Of a DNA stretch of 64,000 nucleotides, positions 1-13,594 are shown in pieces; the first letter of the stretch is position 1, and every line of letters begins with the position of its first letter. The notes under the pieces are model-generated. The model was not told the DNA's origin and searched no databases. It saw only the letters and a list, made by a program, of their open reading frames with translations. The translations under genes and the position numbers were made by a program. Source of the stretch: Nageia nagi (taxonomy: Eukaryota; Plantae; Pinophyta); NCBI GenBank assembly GCA_050084985.1, contig JBITNC010000001.1, positions 53,506,001 to 53,570,000 on the forward strand, given 5' to 3'.

Positions 1-2345
1 GACAACAGGTTGCATCCAATGAGAAAGAAAAATTCTATTTAACATAAATTGGCATGTTAAACAAGCAGATACAGGAACTATAGGATGCTATCGAGTTATC
101 CAAATTGGCCAAGGTAGTGGAAGAAAGAGAAAAAGAGCTAAAGGAAAAAGGCATTGAGCTAACAATGAATAACGATAGGATAGAGGCCTTAGAGCTAGAA
201 ATAGATTCATTAAAAGCTTCTTTGAAGAATAAAAAAAATTGAATGCAAAACATTAGAACAAGAAAAGAAGCTTCAAGAGAACTTAAAGGCTTTACAATAT
301 GCTAGCACAAAGAAAGATGAAGATTTGAAGACCATGGCTGAAAATTTTGCTAAGGCAAAGTTTAAAGAGAAATTGAATATCCAAGATTAAACTTCTATCC
401 AACAGACAAAGGCATCGATGCTAACACAGTTTCTAGTTTATGCATTGAAGAACATTAAGCTAAGTTATTGGGATAAGGTTGTATCTATTTTAGATTTATT
501 ACATTTAGTTAGGGAGTATGTACTATGTTGTAAAAATTATATAGAGAAATATAAGGTTATTTTTTATAATAAGGGTAGAATAGTAAAAATATCTAGTGAG
601 AATTAGGAGATCATTAAGGTAATGAATCAAAAAGAAGTTACAGATACATGTACCGATGACTCTCATGAAATTGGTTTGGCTATGACACAAAAAGTGACTC
701 ATCTACATGAATTAATGCTTTGTATAAACAAATGTGTGAAGTCATTCATGGTGAAGATTAATATATTAAATAATGCCTTAAAGTTTTTTGTCAAAAATGA
801 GATGCATCCCTTGTATAAGGTGGATAACAATGTTTATATGCTTGATGAAATGAAAGCATTCAATGATAAAGTGCAAAAACCATATGATACCTTTACAAAT
901 TGTATGAAAACTAATTTTGAGTAAAAGTTGCTAAAATTTATCTAAGAGATGACCAAAGTGGAGAAGTGGGAAGCAAAACTGACCAAGATCAAGCCAAATA
1001 TCAATTTGAAGACCATTAATCAATTTATTTCTCTAGCTTTGCTCATCCAAGATGTTGATCTTTTAATGTATGTAGAGTGGTCTAAGACTTCCAATTTTTC
1101 CCAACGATGGGACAACTTGAGGTATATTTTTGTATAGATTGATAGAAGTTTTTACAAAGTTTTACATTTTTGGTTCTAAGTTCAAAATTTGGCATTATAA
1201 ATGCATCAATTGATCACCAAAATGTATATCCATACATATTTGTAGAAATATAAGAAGAGTTTTATATGGGTATCCTCTATTTACATCCTTTACTATTTGT
1301 TAGAATATTTATACTTAGTCAATTTTAGACATCTTCTTAGTGTTTAATGTTGGCAAAGATATGATAGTATTGGTGTTCATAAAGTTTTTTGAAATGGTAC
1401 TATAATACATTAGTGCTAGGATTTAGTCATTTTGAGTATTTTCAATAGTGTTCAACTTTGGTGGGGAATCAAAAGTTTTTAGATGTTTGAACTTCATTGG
1501 AATGGCAATGGAATAATAGTGTTATACTTGGCCATTTTCTTATATTTTATAGAACATTTGATTTTGGCAGAGATCAAACAAAGTGGAGAGATTACATTTT
1601 GTTGGAAAAATGAGAAAATTATACAAGTTATTTTCTTTAGTTCTAGCCATGTTAGAGGTGATTCGATCATGTACTAGGGAGAATTTCAATCAACCACCTT
1701 AGATGTTTCAATTTTGAAGATCCAAGTTTCAACCATCCAGATCAAAGTATGGTTGAAGAAGTTTACTAGAATAGTTCATTTTACCTTTGAATTTAATTAT
1801 TATGAGTTCATCCAAATGCAAGTACCTGTACATATTTTTGTAATCCTAGAGAAGCATATTTTTATTCCAAGAATGTGATTTCAATTTCCATATTCAAGTT
1901 TCAAGCTCCAAACATAGAGGATTAGTCCAAATATTTGTAGATTGAAATCTAAGTTGTAAATCTTATCAGAGATGAAATTTGATACATTGTAAATTTCTAG
2001 ATAATTTGTTACAAGTATTTTATCTATTAGAATTTCTTATGTATTAGTTAGAAGATATTTTATAGAGTAAAACTATAAATATTATCTTTGTTGAAATAGA
2101 AGGGGTTATATATAGTAGATATTACTCTTATTTTGTACATGTGTCAATGATAATAGAATATAATTTGCTTCTTGATCTCTTAACTATGATCTATTTGTCA
2201 CTATTCTTAAATCATTATGTGATATATTTGTTTGCACTTCATGTACTATGAGAGATTATCAGTAGTTAATTTGTATCTGCAAAGTTCATGTAGGTTATTA
2301 TTACTTGGAGTGTCATCAATTATTTGGTGGCTACAAAATCAAACA
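1..2345 (+). mobile_element. Degraded retrotransposon 3' region (coiled-coil ORF remnant) plus probable LTR at ~1600-2345
   Basis: Stop-riddled E/K-rich coding-like stretch at 1-1137; purine tract AAAGTGGAGAG at ~1580; TGTTGG at 1600 and AAACA ending 2345. No partner LTR in the window. Confidence 0.35.
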
Positions 2346-2962
2346 ATTTGACTAGCATAGATTATACTATAATGGATTCTTGTGATACTCTAAGTATTTG
2401 TTATTATTTATTTGCGCCCACGTACCTAGCATTTTAGATTTACTTTAGTCTCACAAGTTTGTTTTCTACACTCTTTGCTTTTACAATTCTTAATTTGACC
2501 TTGATAGGAACCAAACTTCTCTGGAGATGGATTTCTAGTAATAGAAATTATTCATCAAGATTATAGCTATGACTTTGATACATGGGCAAGTGTACAAATT
2601 ACAACATCTTAGCCAACAATTTGCTCAACATATTTATGATGACTTATAGTATGACTATAGGCTTATTTAACATGACTTATAGTATATTATTTGATTAGTT
2701 ATATATAACATTGGTTGATTCATATGTCATATATTGAAATGAATGTATGATGAATCTAACTGATCTTGTTTATGAGTTACTTGTAGCTTGTAGTTGTGCA
2801 GGTTAGCTACTTTGAGTATGCAGGCAAATGGAGGCTCATCATATCACCATAATGTTGAATGACTACTTGTACACTATAGTTATTTATGGTTGATGATTAT
2901 TATGTTGTAAACCATTTATTCAAATGGTTAAATGATTGAGTCTTGTTTAGAATATGAAGTAT

Positions 2963-5900
2963 TATTGTGATAGAATTTCACACCCCTTTGATTTTCATTA
3001 AACTAGTGTCACTAAGCCTGAAATCCCTTTGGTATCAATAGATATATGAAAACACCTGGCTATGCTCTTCTTTTTGAGCTAAAATTCTACATTCCATGTA
3101 ATATTTATACCCTTAATACCTAACAATGTGACCCTTTTAATGATTTCACTTAAGATTTTATCATTGCTCTTGAATGAACTCACCAATATTCCAATTCTAT
3201 TTATTTGTTTTAAAAAAATGGATATATCTTCAATAAAAACAACTTTAAAATAGCAAGTAGATCGGTTCTCTTATCTAAACATCAGGTACAAAGTCATACA
3301 TAAAAGAAATAATATTAAACATGAAAGGATATAGCATTCATACATTTATCCATTCAAATAATGTAACAGATAAAATTTTAAATGATAAGAGGAAAAACCA
3401 TAAAACATACAAATGATGTAACATTTGATAACTGGATCATAAAACATTCGCACATGATATAGGAATTAAACCAATAAAAGTATCACCATTTTGATTAATA
3501 TAAAACTTTATCCATAAAGTGCAACAATACTTGCTTGCACAATAAAAAGAGAATTACAATAACTCAAATGATATATGTTTTTGTTACAATACTTGTAACA
3601 AAAACATAAAATACTATCCTAAAATAACTACTCTATACTGGGCCTGCAAAAGTATCTATGATTTAAATAATCTACAACTTAGTGATTACTCTGTGACATG
3701 CAAAAATGGCTTGACTCAAAATGCATAAAAGATAAGGAATGAAAAAATAAATAAGATAAATGATTGAAAGAGCACAACACCATAATACCTTGCTAACTAA
3801 GTTGCAAAACTAGAGAAAGATCCTTTCTCCATCCTTCTCCTTTGATATTTTTAGAAGTATGAAGAATTTACAACAAATTGCTAGCTAATTGATTCTACTT
3901 CAAAAAAAAAAAAAATTTGCCACTCCTTTGACATGCTTAAGGTGTTTCTTTCATCATCTTAACTATCAGATCGAGAAGATTCCAGTTTGAAAGTTGCCTC
4001 TAGTAGTCGAATATTTCCATTTTGGTGTCATGAACTCATGCATTATTCCCACTAACCAATTTCTCCAAAAGTATTTATTTCTTACTCCAACACTTTCCTC
4101 ATAAGGCATGATGTTCTCTAGTGAAAAAGACTACAAATGATCAATGATACAATAATTTGACATCTTTCCTTTCTTCCTCTTTTTTTCAAAATTGCATTCA
4201 TCCCTAAAGGTTGATGTAAATAGGAATGAAAGTGACATGGGCTACGAAAGCACTATAACTTACATGTTGATGATACAAATTGAGCTTATGATGATAGTTG
4301 AGGCATTTTGCATGATTGTCGACACCAAATCTCACACTTAACTTTCAATCTAGGTTCTATATTTGCTTATCAATATTTTAACTTTGTCAAAACCTTCATC
4401 CTGATACCAAAATCTATTGTTGACACTTTCTCTTACATTTATTCTCTAATCTAGTATTAATATGTCTTTTTTCAGAACCTTGATTCACTATTATGGCCTT
4501 TGTCTTGATCATTTGCATCATATTGATCATTTAAGCTTCAATTTGATGCTTAAGTTCATATATAGTTACCTAAACTTACCTCCTTCTCCATAGTTGGTAC
4601 TTAAATTTACCTCTAATGAGTTTAAATATTTTTTAGAGTTTTGATAGTATTTACAAGTATCTAGAGTCAGATGGATGCATCAGAACTAAATACAAAATAA
4701 AATATATTGTTCTAGTAAAATTATTTGAACATGCTCAAATTAAATGGTTGAAACTTGAATTTCAAAATTGGAATACTGCATGTGGTTAGTTTGACTATGA
4801 TTCATCATGATGTGTGATTAGCCATCATCGATAGAACTTATGCTAAAGAAAATAAAGCTATTTGATTTCTCTATTATTTTGACATAATTTGGTTCATTCT
4901 ATTTTGTTGGATCTCTACCAAAATCAAATGCTCTTTATACTAACTTTGATATAATCCAGAGCTTGAAGTCTTGATCTAATAGTAGTAATTCTAGAATGCA
5001 AAAATACAGGTGGCAAAACCAAAGAGGTAATGGATGTTCATCTTTAGATAATTTCACACTGCAAAGTATTCTTTTGGTTGAATCCAAGATGCAAATATGA
5101 TAGCCTAATATCATCATCCTTTGGGCTAGGAATTCTATATTTTTTATTTAATTTTGCACTCTTAATCTGCTGTTGACATCATCACCCTTCAAACCATAGA
5201 AATTTGAGTGTTTTTCACTCTTGATTATCATTTTCTATCTCAAAACATATTTCAAACCTGAAATAGTATGAAATTTGACTTTGAAAGTTTGAAATTTATA
5301 TTTTTAACTTAATTCTGCACTCCAAAACCTACTTTATTGACTCAGCTCCTACCCTTCTGATTTACTTACTTTTTCACTTCAAAAGGGTATTTTAAATCTA
5401 GAAGGATTTCTTTTTACTTAAAAAAGTGAGTGCATGGCCTAGAATGGTTTGTATTTGGTTCAAAAATTCAAATTAATGCTCTAGAAGATCCATCATCAAT
5501 GAATCTACCACAAATTTGATAACTATTTCTAGCACAAGATACCACCACCATGATTGCTAGTAAGATAAATTATATACCTGGAGGGTCTTATATACATTAT
5601 GCGATTAATTTAATCCTTATGAGATGGATAAAAACCTTATTTGGATAAGCCAACCCTTGTGTGAAGAGAATAAAGCTTATGTAGATGAATAAAGTATTAA
5701 ATTATACCTTATGCAAGTAATATAAGCTTTATGCGATGAAATTTAGGGTTATGCAAATAGACTTAGTCTTATATAGACAAGTGATAGCTTATGCGAACAA
5801 GTCATAATGCCTTTCTAAACATTATAGGGCTTATGTAGGTGAAATAATGTTTATGTGGCCAAAATAACCCTTATGTGATGGAAGTGTTCCTTATGTAGTT

Positions 5901-6193
5901 AGCCCAAATAAGCCTTATATGGTCAAGATGAACTTTGTGTAGTGAAGATTAAGCTTATGTGGTGAAGATGAGCCTTATGTGATCAAGATAAGCCTTATGT
6001 GGTGTAAGCTTCCCTTATGCAAACAAGTAATTTGACCTTTTTTTAGGCTTCTAAAGGAAAAAATAAAACAAAATGATACCTACAAACTAGTTGATACAAT
6101 TTACAACATTATTAGAGCTATTTGGATTAGGTTTTTGGTGTAAATGTGAAAAATTATCTACAAAAATTGGGTACCTTTATAAGTGTGCTAACA
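2963..6193 (-). repeat. 3' LTR (~3.2 kb) of element 2963-13489
   Basis: Colinear with 10371-13489 throughout; differences are mostly C/T and G/A. Confidence 0.92.
5585..6020. repeat. ~20-bp period CTTATG-core array inside the LTR
   Basis: About 20 CTTATG(C/T)-like cores separated by variable ~13-nt spacers; homologous array at ~12945-13320. Confidence 0.8.
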
Positions 6194-6399
6194 TAGTCTC
6201 TAATTGGGAAAATTGTTGAATTAGTGAGGTAGTTGAGAACCATAGCTATCTCCAACATAATCAAAATTCCTAATCCTAATACCTTTCTACTCTAATTTGG
6301 TTCAAAACAAAAAGTTTTGACAACACTTCCAACCTATTACAAAAACCATATTTACAAACTTGTATGTACAAAAATAAGAAAAAATGCCTAAGATATCTT

Positions 6400-9300
6400 A
6401 ATTATGTGGATAGTACCTCTTGAGCCTTTGGCCATTGATTAGAAATAGTATTTGAAAACCATATATAATGCTCAACTTATAGGTATTACTTCCAACCATC
6501 TCAAAAATCTAATAATGCCAAAGCCAATTTGTTTCCAATTTTTCTTTCTTTCTATGTTGAGTATTCCTTGGATCCCAATAAAGGACTATGTCATCTAAGA
6601 AGAATGGTTTTCCTTTAGTATTCTTGTTAAATTTTATTGTAGTATTCAAATCTTGATCTGTAAGTATGAAAAATACCTTTCTTTTGGTCTCTTGCAACTC
6701 TACCAGTTCATTCAATCCTTGTTGTAATGGATTGTAGTGTTCTTCTTCTTCAACCATGAGCTTTAGCACCCTTTATTCAACATGCAATGGAAGTAAATCT
6801 CCTTGTCCATTTATTAGTTCAAACAATGATTATCCTATCCCCTTTTTTAGTGGAATGATATGAGTACATACATTGGTGTCAAAAGTTCTAAGCTCACTAT
6901 AGTCCTAAGCATAGACATCCTTATTTTTCTTTAAGAGTTTTGAGTATATATCTAGCCATTTTATCTCTATATTAGAATTGATTTTTAATTTTTGATTTCC
7001 TTTGCTATTCCAACACTTATGTGGATGGATTTCTTGTATATCATGGGCATAGGCTCTTTAAAATCATCATAGAGGGATTCTAAACTCACCAAAACTCTAG
7101 GGATAGAGTTGGTTTTAAGTTGCACCACTTCCTTAGGAGCACCAATATGATCAATTAACATCTCTTCACTCTCCTCATCACAAATAAGGTTTTCAAATTG
7201 AGCCAGAACTTGCATGAAGTCTTTGATCTGGATATTATCCTAAAAAATTTATAAATAAATAATATTATTAGGTATAAAAGGATTATGCACACACACTACA
7301 CTATGATAATTTAAGAATGTTTGATCTATGTCAGGGTTTTCTCCTCAAGATGCAATTATGGCTAATATGAATTCCCTATGATTCAACTCTTTAGGCACTA
7401 AAGAAATATTAAATGATAAAAAATTTTCAATCTCATAAAGAATAAGCCTTTTGTACGGATTCAACCTTGGGTGTTTGGCCTTATATATACCTCTGACATG
7501 TTTAATGATCATCTCAACATTATCAAATACTTACAAATGTTGTATCCCCAACTTGTTTGCATTTCTTAGATCAATAAGCAAAGCTTCATATTTTGCAATG
7601 TTGTTTGTATAAAGAAATTCCAACTTATATGGAATACCAAGATAAGAGCCTCTAATGTCTTGCAATAAAATACCAACACCCTGACCATACTAAGACTTTG
7701 CTCCATCAAAGTATAAAGTTTATAATGTATTTTGTAATAAATCTTTAGTATTATGGTCAGCTTGGACTATGATCTCATGAGGAATATACTAAGGAAGTTC
7801 ATCTTGTAAAATGATCTAGTCTTGATCTTGTATTTCAGGAGAATGCCATAAGGTATAAATATCATGGCCATGATCACAAGATAGAACTAAGGCTTTAGTG
7901 ACATAGTTAATTGGAATACCTTCTTGATGTTGAACTTTGAATGCCACTCTATTACAAGGTTCTTTATACAATCTCTCTATCATACCATCATGCATGGGTA
8001 TAGTGGCAAAAGACCAATCCAATTGTATGGTTCCTCCCAAGGTGCTACCAAAATATCTTAACAATAGGATAGAAAAGTAAGGTTTGAAATCTAGAATTAC
8101 CAATTCTATGAGCATTCTCTTTGAAGTGAATTTATCTAAATAGATAGGAACATCTTTAACCACTCCAAGAGTTTTCACATATCTATTATCCATGATAGAC
8201 ATAGGTGGGAAATCAATAGTGCAAGTAAATCCTAGTACATCAGATACCCTTTTTGGCATGGCAATGACTTTAGCTCAAGATTCTAGTAGACAATTGTGAA
8301 TATAATAATTATAGTCATTATCATCATACCTAAGAGTGAGATAAAATGGTTTAATCCTAATGGGATCATCATTGTTAACAATATTAGCATGAGTCTGAAG
8401 ATATTGTGAGAGAGTTTCATCTAGGAACTCAAATTGCTTACATAACTGATTCCTATACTTTGGAATTATCATAAGCTCTTTAATGAGAACTGACACTTTG
8501 AGCTTCATAATCTCACTTCCTAGATCAAACACAGTCTTCTTAGTCTCTCTAATCTTCTTTTCTTTAGGATTTTATTCATCTATTTGCAATGGTTTAGCTT
8601 GAGAAATAGATGGAGAGTTTTCCTTTTGGACTAAGGAAGATTGAAAATGAGGTTTAGGGATATTGGCACTATCTTGAGGGATAGCATAATTATCTAATTA
8701 TTTCTTAGCATACTCTTTTATTGGCTTGTATAGAATCTCCCTATTTCTAAGCCTAGAGATGTTTACATCAACTTTTGGTTTAGTAACCATCTTTTTGTTC
8801 TTAGGGAGTAACACTGCAAGCAACTCTTGTTTCATTTTTATGATAGATGGATTGGTACCTATAGTATACTAAATGAGAAAATTTTGAGTAGTATCCATAT
8901 CCTCTTGAAAAATTAACTCATTATTCTCATCATGAACAATCCAAATGTAGTTTACTTTAGGCTCCTCTTTTGCAACTTCTTACTCTTGTTCTAACATTTG
9001 GCTCAAATAGATACCATATTGCTCAGGATTATGAGGCATTTCACAAACATGATAGTAGTAAGAAGCTATTTGACTTATGCTTACATTAGGAAAAGTATTG
9101 GGTACAACATTCACATCTTTCTGTGTCTCTTTGTGTTTCATGTTTGCTTCCCAAGGTGCATTAATAAATATTTTGAAAGGAATCTTGTCATCATTCTTGC
9201 TTTAGAAAGCTTTATGTTTATTGGGTTGATTTTATGGATAATATAGTCTTAATATTGTTGAGGTTTCTCTCTTTTCATATGATACATTCTATTATTCATG

Positions 9301-9960
9301 CTAGAGATTATATCTAAGACCTATTTATACATCTTAGTAGATGGTTGGGCTCTTTTGAAGTTGGAGAAGGAGTAATCTTAGCCCTCTTGGGTTTCCTTTA
9401 AGCTATAGGCTCTAAGTAATATGGATTTAGTTTTCCAACTCCTATCATGTCCTTCTCAATCTCTAATACTGCATTCTTGCAAAGTCTAAGCTCTCCAATT
9501 TCTTAGCATATATCTTATGTCACCAAGAAAGGCTTGGTTGTAATGCATAATGGCTTGCACATTATTAGGCCTAGCATAAGTTTATAGTTTATTTGCAAGC
9601 TTAATAAATCTCTAATTAAATTTATCGATTGATTCATTCTCTTTCTTCTTGATTGTTGCTAACTCAGTCAAGATCAACTGTTAATTCTTCTTTTTCCCAT
9701 ACTTAGTTAAGAATAATTCCTCCATCTTATCACAAGAAGATTTTGAACTAGAAGGTAAAGCTTAAATCCATTCCCTAACATATTTACTCAAAATATGATA
9801 AAATATTTTAAGTGCTTCATCCTCATGCTTAACATTAAGGATGTTTACAGCCTAAATAAATAGTTTAATATGTTCCTCTTCAATCACTACATTATTACCC
9901 ACAAAGATAGGAAATGTTGTACCATTTTATCAGGGAGCTCATTTGGTAGATTCCACTAAG
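6400..9960 (-). pseudogene. gag-protease-aRNaseH-(RT/RH/INT core deleted)-integrase C-terminus pseudogene
   Basis: gag EEHIKLF..VKHEDEALKIF (~9810-9890); protease NCLLES*A (~8275-8300); RNase HI-like TLYFDGAKS*YGQGVGI..TNNIAKYEALL (~7350-7720); pre-RT DVYA*DYSEL..HIIPLKK joined in frame at ~6845 to integrase tail GIG*SLFELING..DIVLYWD..NWLW. Confidence 0.85.
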
Positions 9961-10347
9961 TAAAGTCAAAAGCTCTATATATACCAATCCTCAATCTATT
10001 AGCCATTAGAAGGTTCTTATTAAGGTTTGATTGGAATACATACATATTTGGTATAATAGGTGACTAAATAGGTGGGGTGGAACCTATAGGAGTAGAAGAA
10101 GAAGCAACTCCTATAGTATTATTCAAATTTAAGTGAGTAAGTTGTTGAGTATATACCTTTATTCTTAATAGTAATTTTGGATTGGATACTTCTAAGAACA
10201 AAGGGGAGTCCTAGCTCCTAGTATTGGCCACTTTGAACACTTACTTAGCAACCAACATATCCAGATTTGCTAGTACCATTCTTGATACAAACATTTTTGG
10301 GTTCTTTTATTATTCCAAGAAGAAACATTTGATAGAAAAATAATTCC

Positions 10348-10365
10348 TCCCTAAAAATGGCACCA
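10348..10365 (-). other. Primer binding site, decayed TGGCGCCG-type (tRNA-Asp-like)
   Basis: Minus strand reads TGGTGCCATTTTTAGGGA 5 nt inside the 5' LTR; resembles TGGCGCCGTTGCCGGGGA with CpG decay. Confidence 0.5.
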
Positions 10366-10370
10366 AAATC

Positions 10371-13300
10371 TATCATGACATAATTTCACACCCCTTTGAT
10401 TTTCATCAAACTAGTGTTACTAAGCATGAAATCCCCCTGGTATCAATAGATATATGAGAACACCTAGCTATGCTCTCCTTTTTGGGATAAAATTCCACAT
10501 CCCATGGACTATTTGTACCCTTAATGCCTAGGAATGTACCCCTTTAATGAGTTCACTTAAATTTTTGTCATTTCTCTTGAATGAACTCACTAGTATTCCT
10601 ATTCTATTTGTTTTGTTTAAAAGAAAAATGGACTTATCTTCAAGAAAAACAACCTTAAAATAGCAAGTAGATTAGTGATCTTATCTAGACATTAGGTATA
10701 GATTCATACATAATAGAAAGAAAATTGAATATGAAAGGATATATCATTCATATATTTTTTCATTCAAATAATGTAACAGATAAAATTTTTAATGCTAAGA
10801 GGAACAACCATCAAACATTCAAATGATGTAACATCTATTAAGTGGAACATAAAGCATTCATACATGACATGGGAATTAAACCAGCAAAAGTATCACCATT
10901 TTCATTAATATCCATAAAGTGCAGCAATACTTTCTTGCACAAAAAAAAGAGAATTAAACTCAAATGATATTTGTTTATGTTGAAATACTTGTAATAAAAA
11001 TATAAAATATTATCCTAGAACAACTACTTTGTACTAGGCCTACAAAAGTATCTATGATTTAAACAATCTGCAACTTGGTGATTACCCTATGATAAGCAAA
11101 AATGGCTTAACTCAGAATGTGTAGAAGATATAGGATGAAAAATAAAGAAGATAAATGATTGAAAGAGCACACCGACAAAATACCTTGCTAACTAAGTTGC
11201 AAAACTAGAGAAAGATCCTTTCCCCGTCCTTCTTCTTTTGTATTTATAGAAGCTAATTAATTCTATTTCAAAAAAAAAAAAATTGCTATTACTTTTTTTA
11301 AATGCTTAAGGTGTCTCTTTCATCACCTTAATTGTTAGATTGAGAAGATTCTAGTTTGAAAGCTACCTCTACTAGTTGAATATTTCCATCTTGTTGTCAT
11401 GAACTCATGTGCTATTCCCATTAACTAATTTCTCTACAAGGATTTATTTCTTACTCCAACACTTTCCTCATAAGGCATGATATACTCCTATGAAAATAAT
11501 TACAAATAATCAATGATACAGTAATTTGACATATGTGCTTTCTTACACTTTTTTTAGAATTGCATTCATCTCCAAAGGCTGATGTAGATAGGACTAAAAG
11601 TAACATGGGCTATGAAAGCACTATAACTTGCATGTTGATGATATAAATTGAGCTTAAGACAATAGTTGAAGTATTTTGCATGATTTTTGACACCAAATAT
11701 CACACTTAACTTTCAACTTGGGTTCTATATTTGGTTGTTGGTATTTTAAATTTATTAAAACCTTCATCTTGGTACCAATACTTTATCTTATATTTACACT
11801 CTAATCTGATATCAAGATATCTTTTTTTGGAACCTTGATTCACTATTTTGGCCTTTCTCTTTATCAATGGAACCAGATTGATCATTTAAGGTTTAGTTTG
11901 ATGCTTAAGTTCATTTACCAATACCTAGACTTACCTCCTTCTCTGTGGTCAACACTTAAATTTACCTCTAATGAGTTTAAATATTTTTCCAAAGTTTTGG
12001 TACTATTACAGGTATCTAGATTTTAATGGACTTATCAAAACCAAATATAGAAGAAAACATATTATTTCAATGGAATTATTTGAACATGCTTTGAATGGAA
12101 TGGCTAGAACTTGAATTTTAAAATTACAATACTTCATGTGGTTAATTTGATCATGATTCACCATGATGTGTGATTAAACACTATGGGAAGGACTTGTGCT
12201 AAAGAGAATGAAGCTATTTGATTTCTTTGCTATTTTGATATAATTTGGTCTTCTCCATTCTATCAAATCTCTAAAAAAATCAAATGCTCTTTGTATTGGC
12301 TTTGATATAATCCAGAGCTTGAAGTCTTGATTTAATAGTAGTAATTCTAAAATGCAAAAAGAAACATGGAAAGACCAAAGAGGTAGTGTATGTTCATATT
12401 CTATATAATTTCACACTACAAAATATTCTTTTGGTTGAATCTAGGATGTGTATTTGATAGTTTGATGTCATCATCCTCTGAACTATAGATTCTGCATGTT
12501 TGACTCAATTTCGCACTCTAGATCCACCTGTTAATGTCATCACCCTTCAAACTACAAAAATTTGGCTTTTTTCACTCCAAATTATTAGTTTTCTTATCTC
12601 ATCATATGTGTCAAGGCCCAAAATATTGCATGATTTGACTCTAGAATTTTGGAATTTGTATTTTTAGCTTAATTTTGCACTCTAGAATTTGCTTTATTAA
12701 CTCAACTCCTTTGGACTATGGATTTACTTTATTTTGACTCCAAAAAAGGTATTTTAACTCTAGAATGGTATTCTTTTACTTTGAAAGGTGAGTGAATGTA
12801 CTAGATGGTTTGGGTTTGGTTTGAAACTTCAAATTGACACTCCAAGAGATCCATCACTGACAAACCTACCACAAAATTGATAACTATTTTTGACACCAAG
12901 TACCACCACCATGACTATCATTAAGATAAATTATAGACCTAGTGGACTTATATACATTATGTGATTAATTTAACCCTTATGTGATGGATAAAACCCTTAT
13001 GTGGACAAGCTAACCCTTATGCGAAGAGAATAAAGCTTATGTAGATGAATAAAATATTAAATTATACCTTATGCAAGTAATATAAGCTTTATACAGTGAA
13101 ATTTAGGATTATGCAAACAAACTTGGTTTTATGTAGATAAGTTGATAAAGCCTTTGCAAAGTTTATAGGGATTATGTAGGTGAAATAGTGCTTATGTGGC
13201 CAAAATAAGCCTTATGCAGTCAAGATGAACCTTATACAATGGAGATAAAGCTTATGCCATGAAGATGAGCCTTTTGCAATCAAGATAAGCCTTACGTGAT

Positions 13301-13489
13301 GGAACCCTCCCTTATGTGGATGAGTAATTTGACCCTTTTTAAATTTTTTAAAGGTAAAAATAAAATAAAATGGCACTACAAATTACTTGACATAATTTAC
13401 AACATTGCCAGAGCTATTTAAACTAGGTTTTTGGTACAAATGTGTAAAATTGTTTGCAAAAATTGGGTACCTTTATAAGTGTGCTAACA
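10371..13489 (-). repeat. 5' LTR (~3.1 kb) of element 2963-13489
   Basis: Direct repeat of 2963-6193; followed by TSD AGTAT. Confidence 0.92.
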
Positions 13490-13594
13490 AGTATATTACT
13501 CATCAACATGTCAAGTTATCATCTTCGATTGTATTTCTTATTAAGGAGAGCTCTCTTACATTTTCTTCTCTTATTTCTACCCCAATATTGCATT

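Larger units (their letters stand above)
2963..13489 (-). mobile_element. Ty3/gypsy (Tat-like) LTR retrotransposon, internally deleted, degraded
   Basis: Direct repeats 2963-6193 and 10371-13489, both ending GTGCTAACA; exact TSD AGTAT (2958-2962, 13490-13494); minus-strand gag, protease, RNase H and integrase C-terminal remnants in 6194-10370. Confidence 0.93.

Noticed and set aside
5585-6020. CRISPR-like repeat/spacer array
   Set aside because: Cores are ~7 nt and spacers ~13 nt, inside a eukaryotic LTR, with no cas genes.
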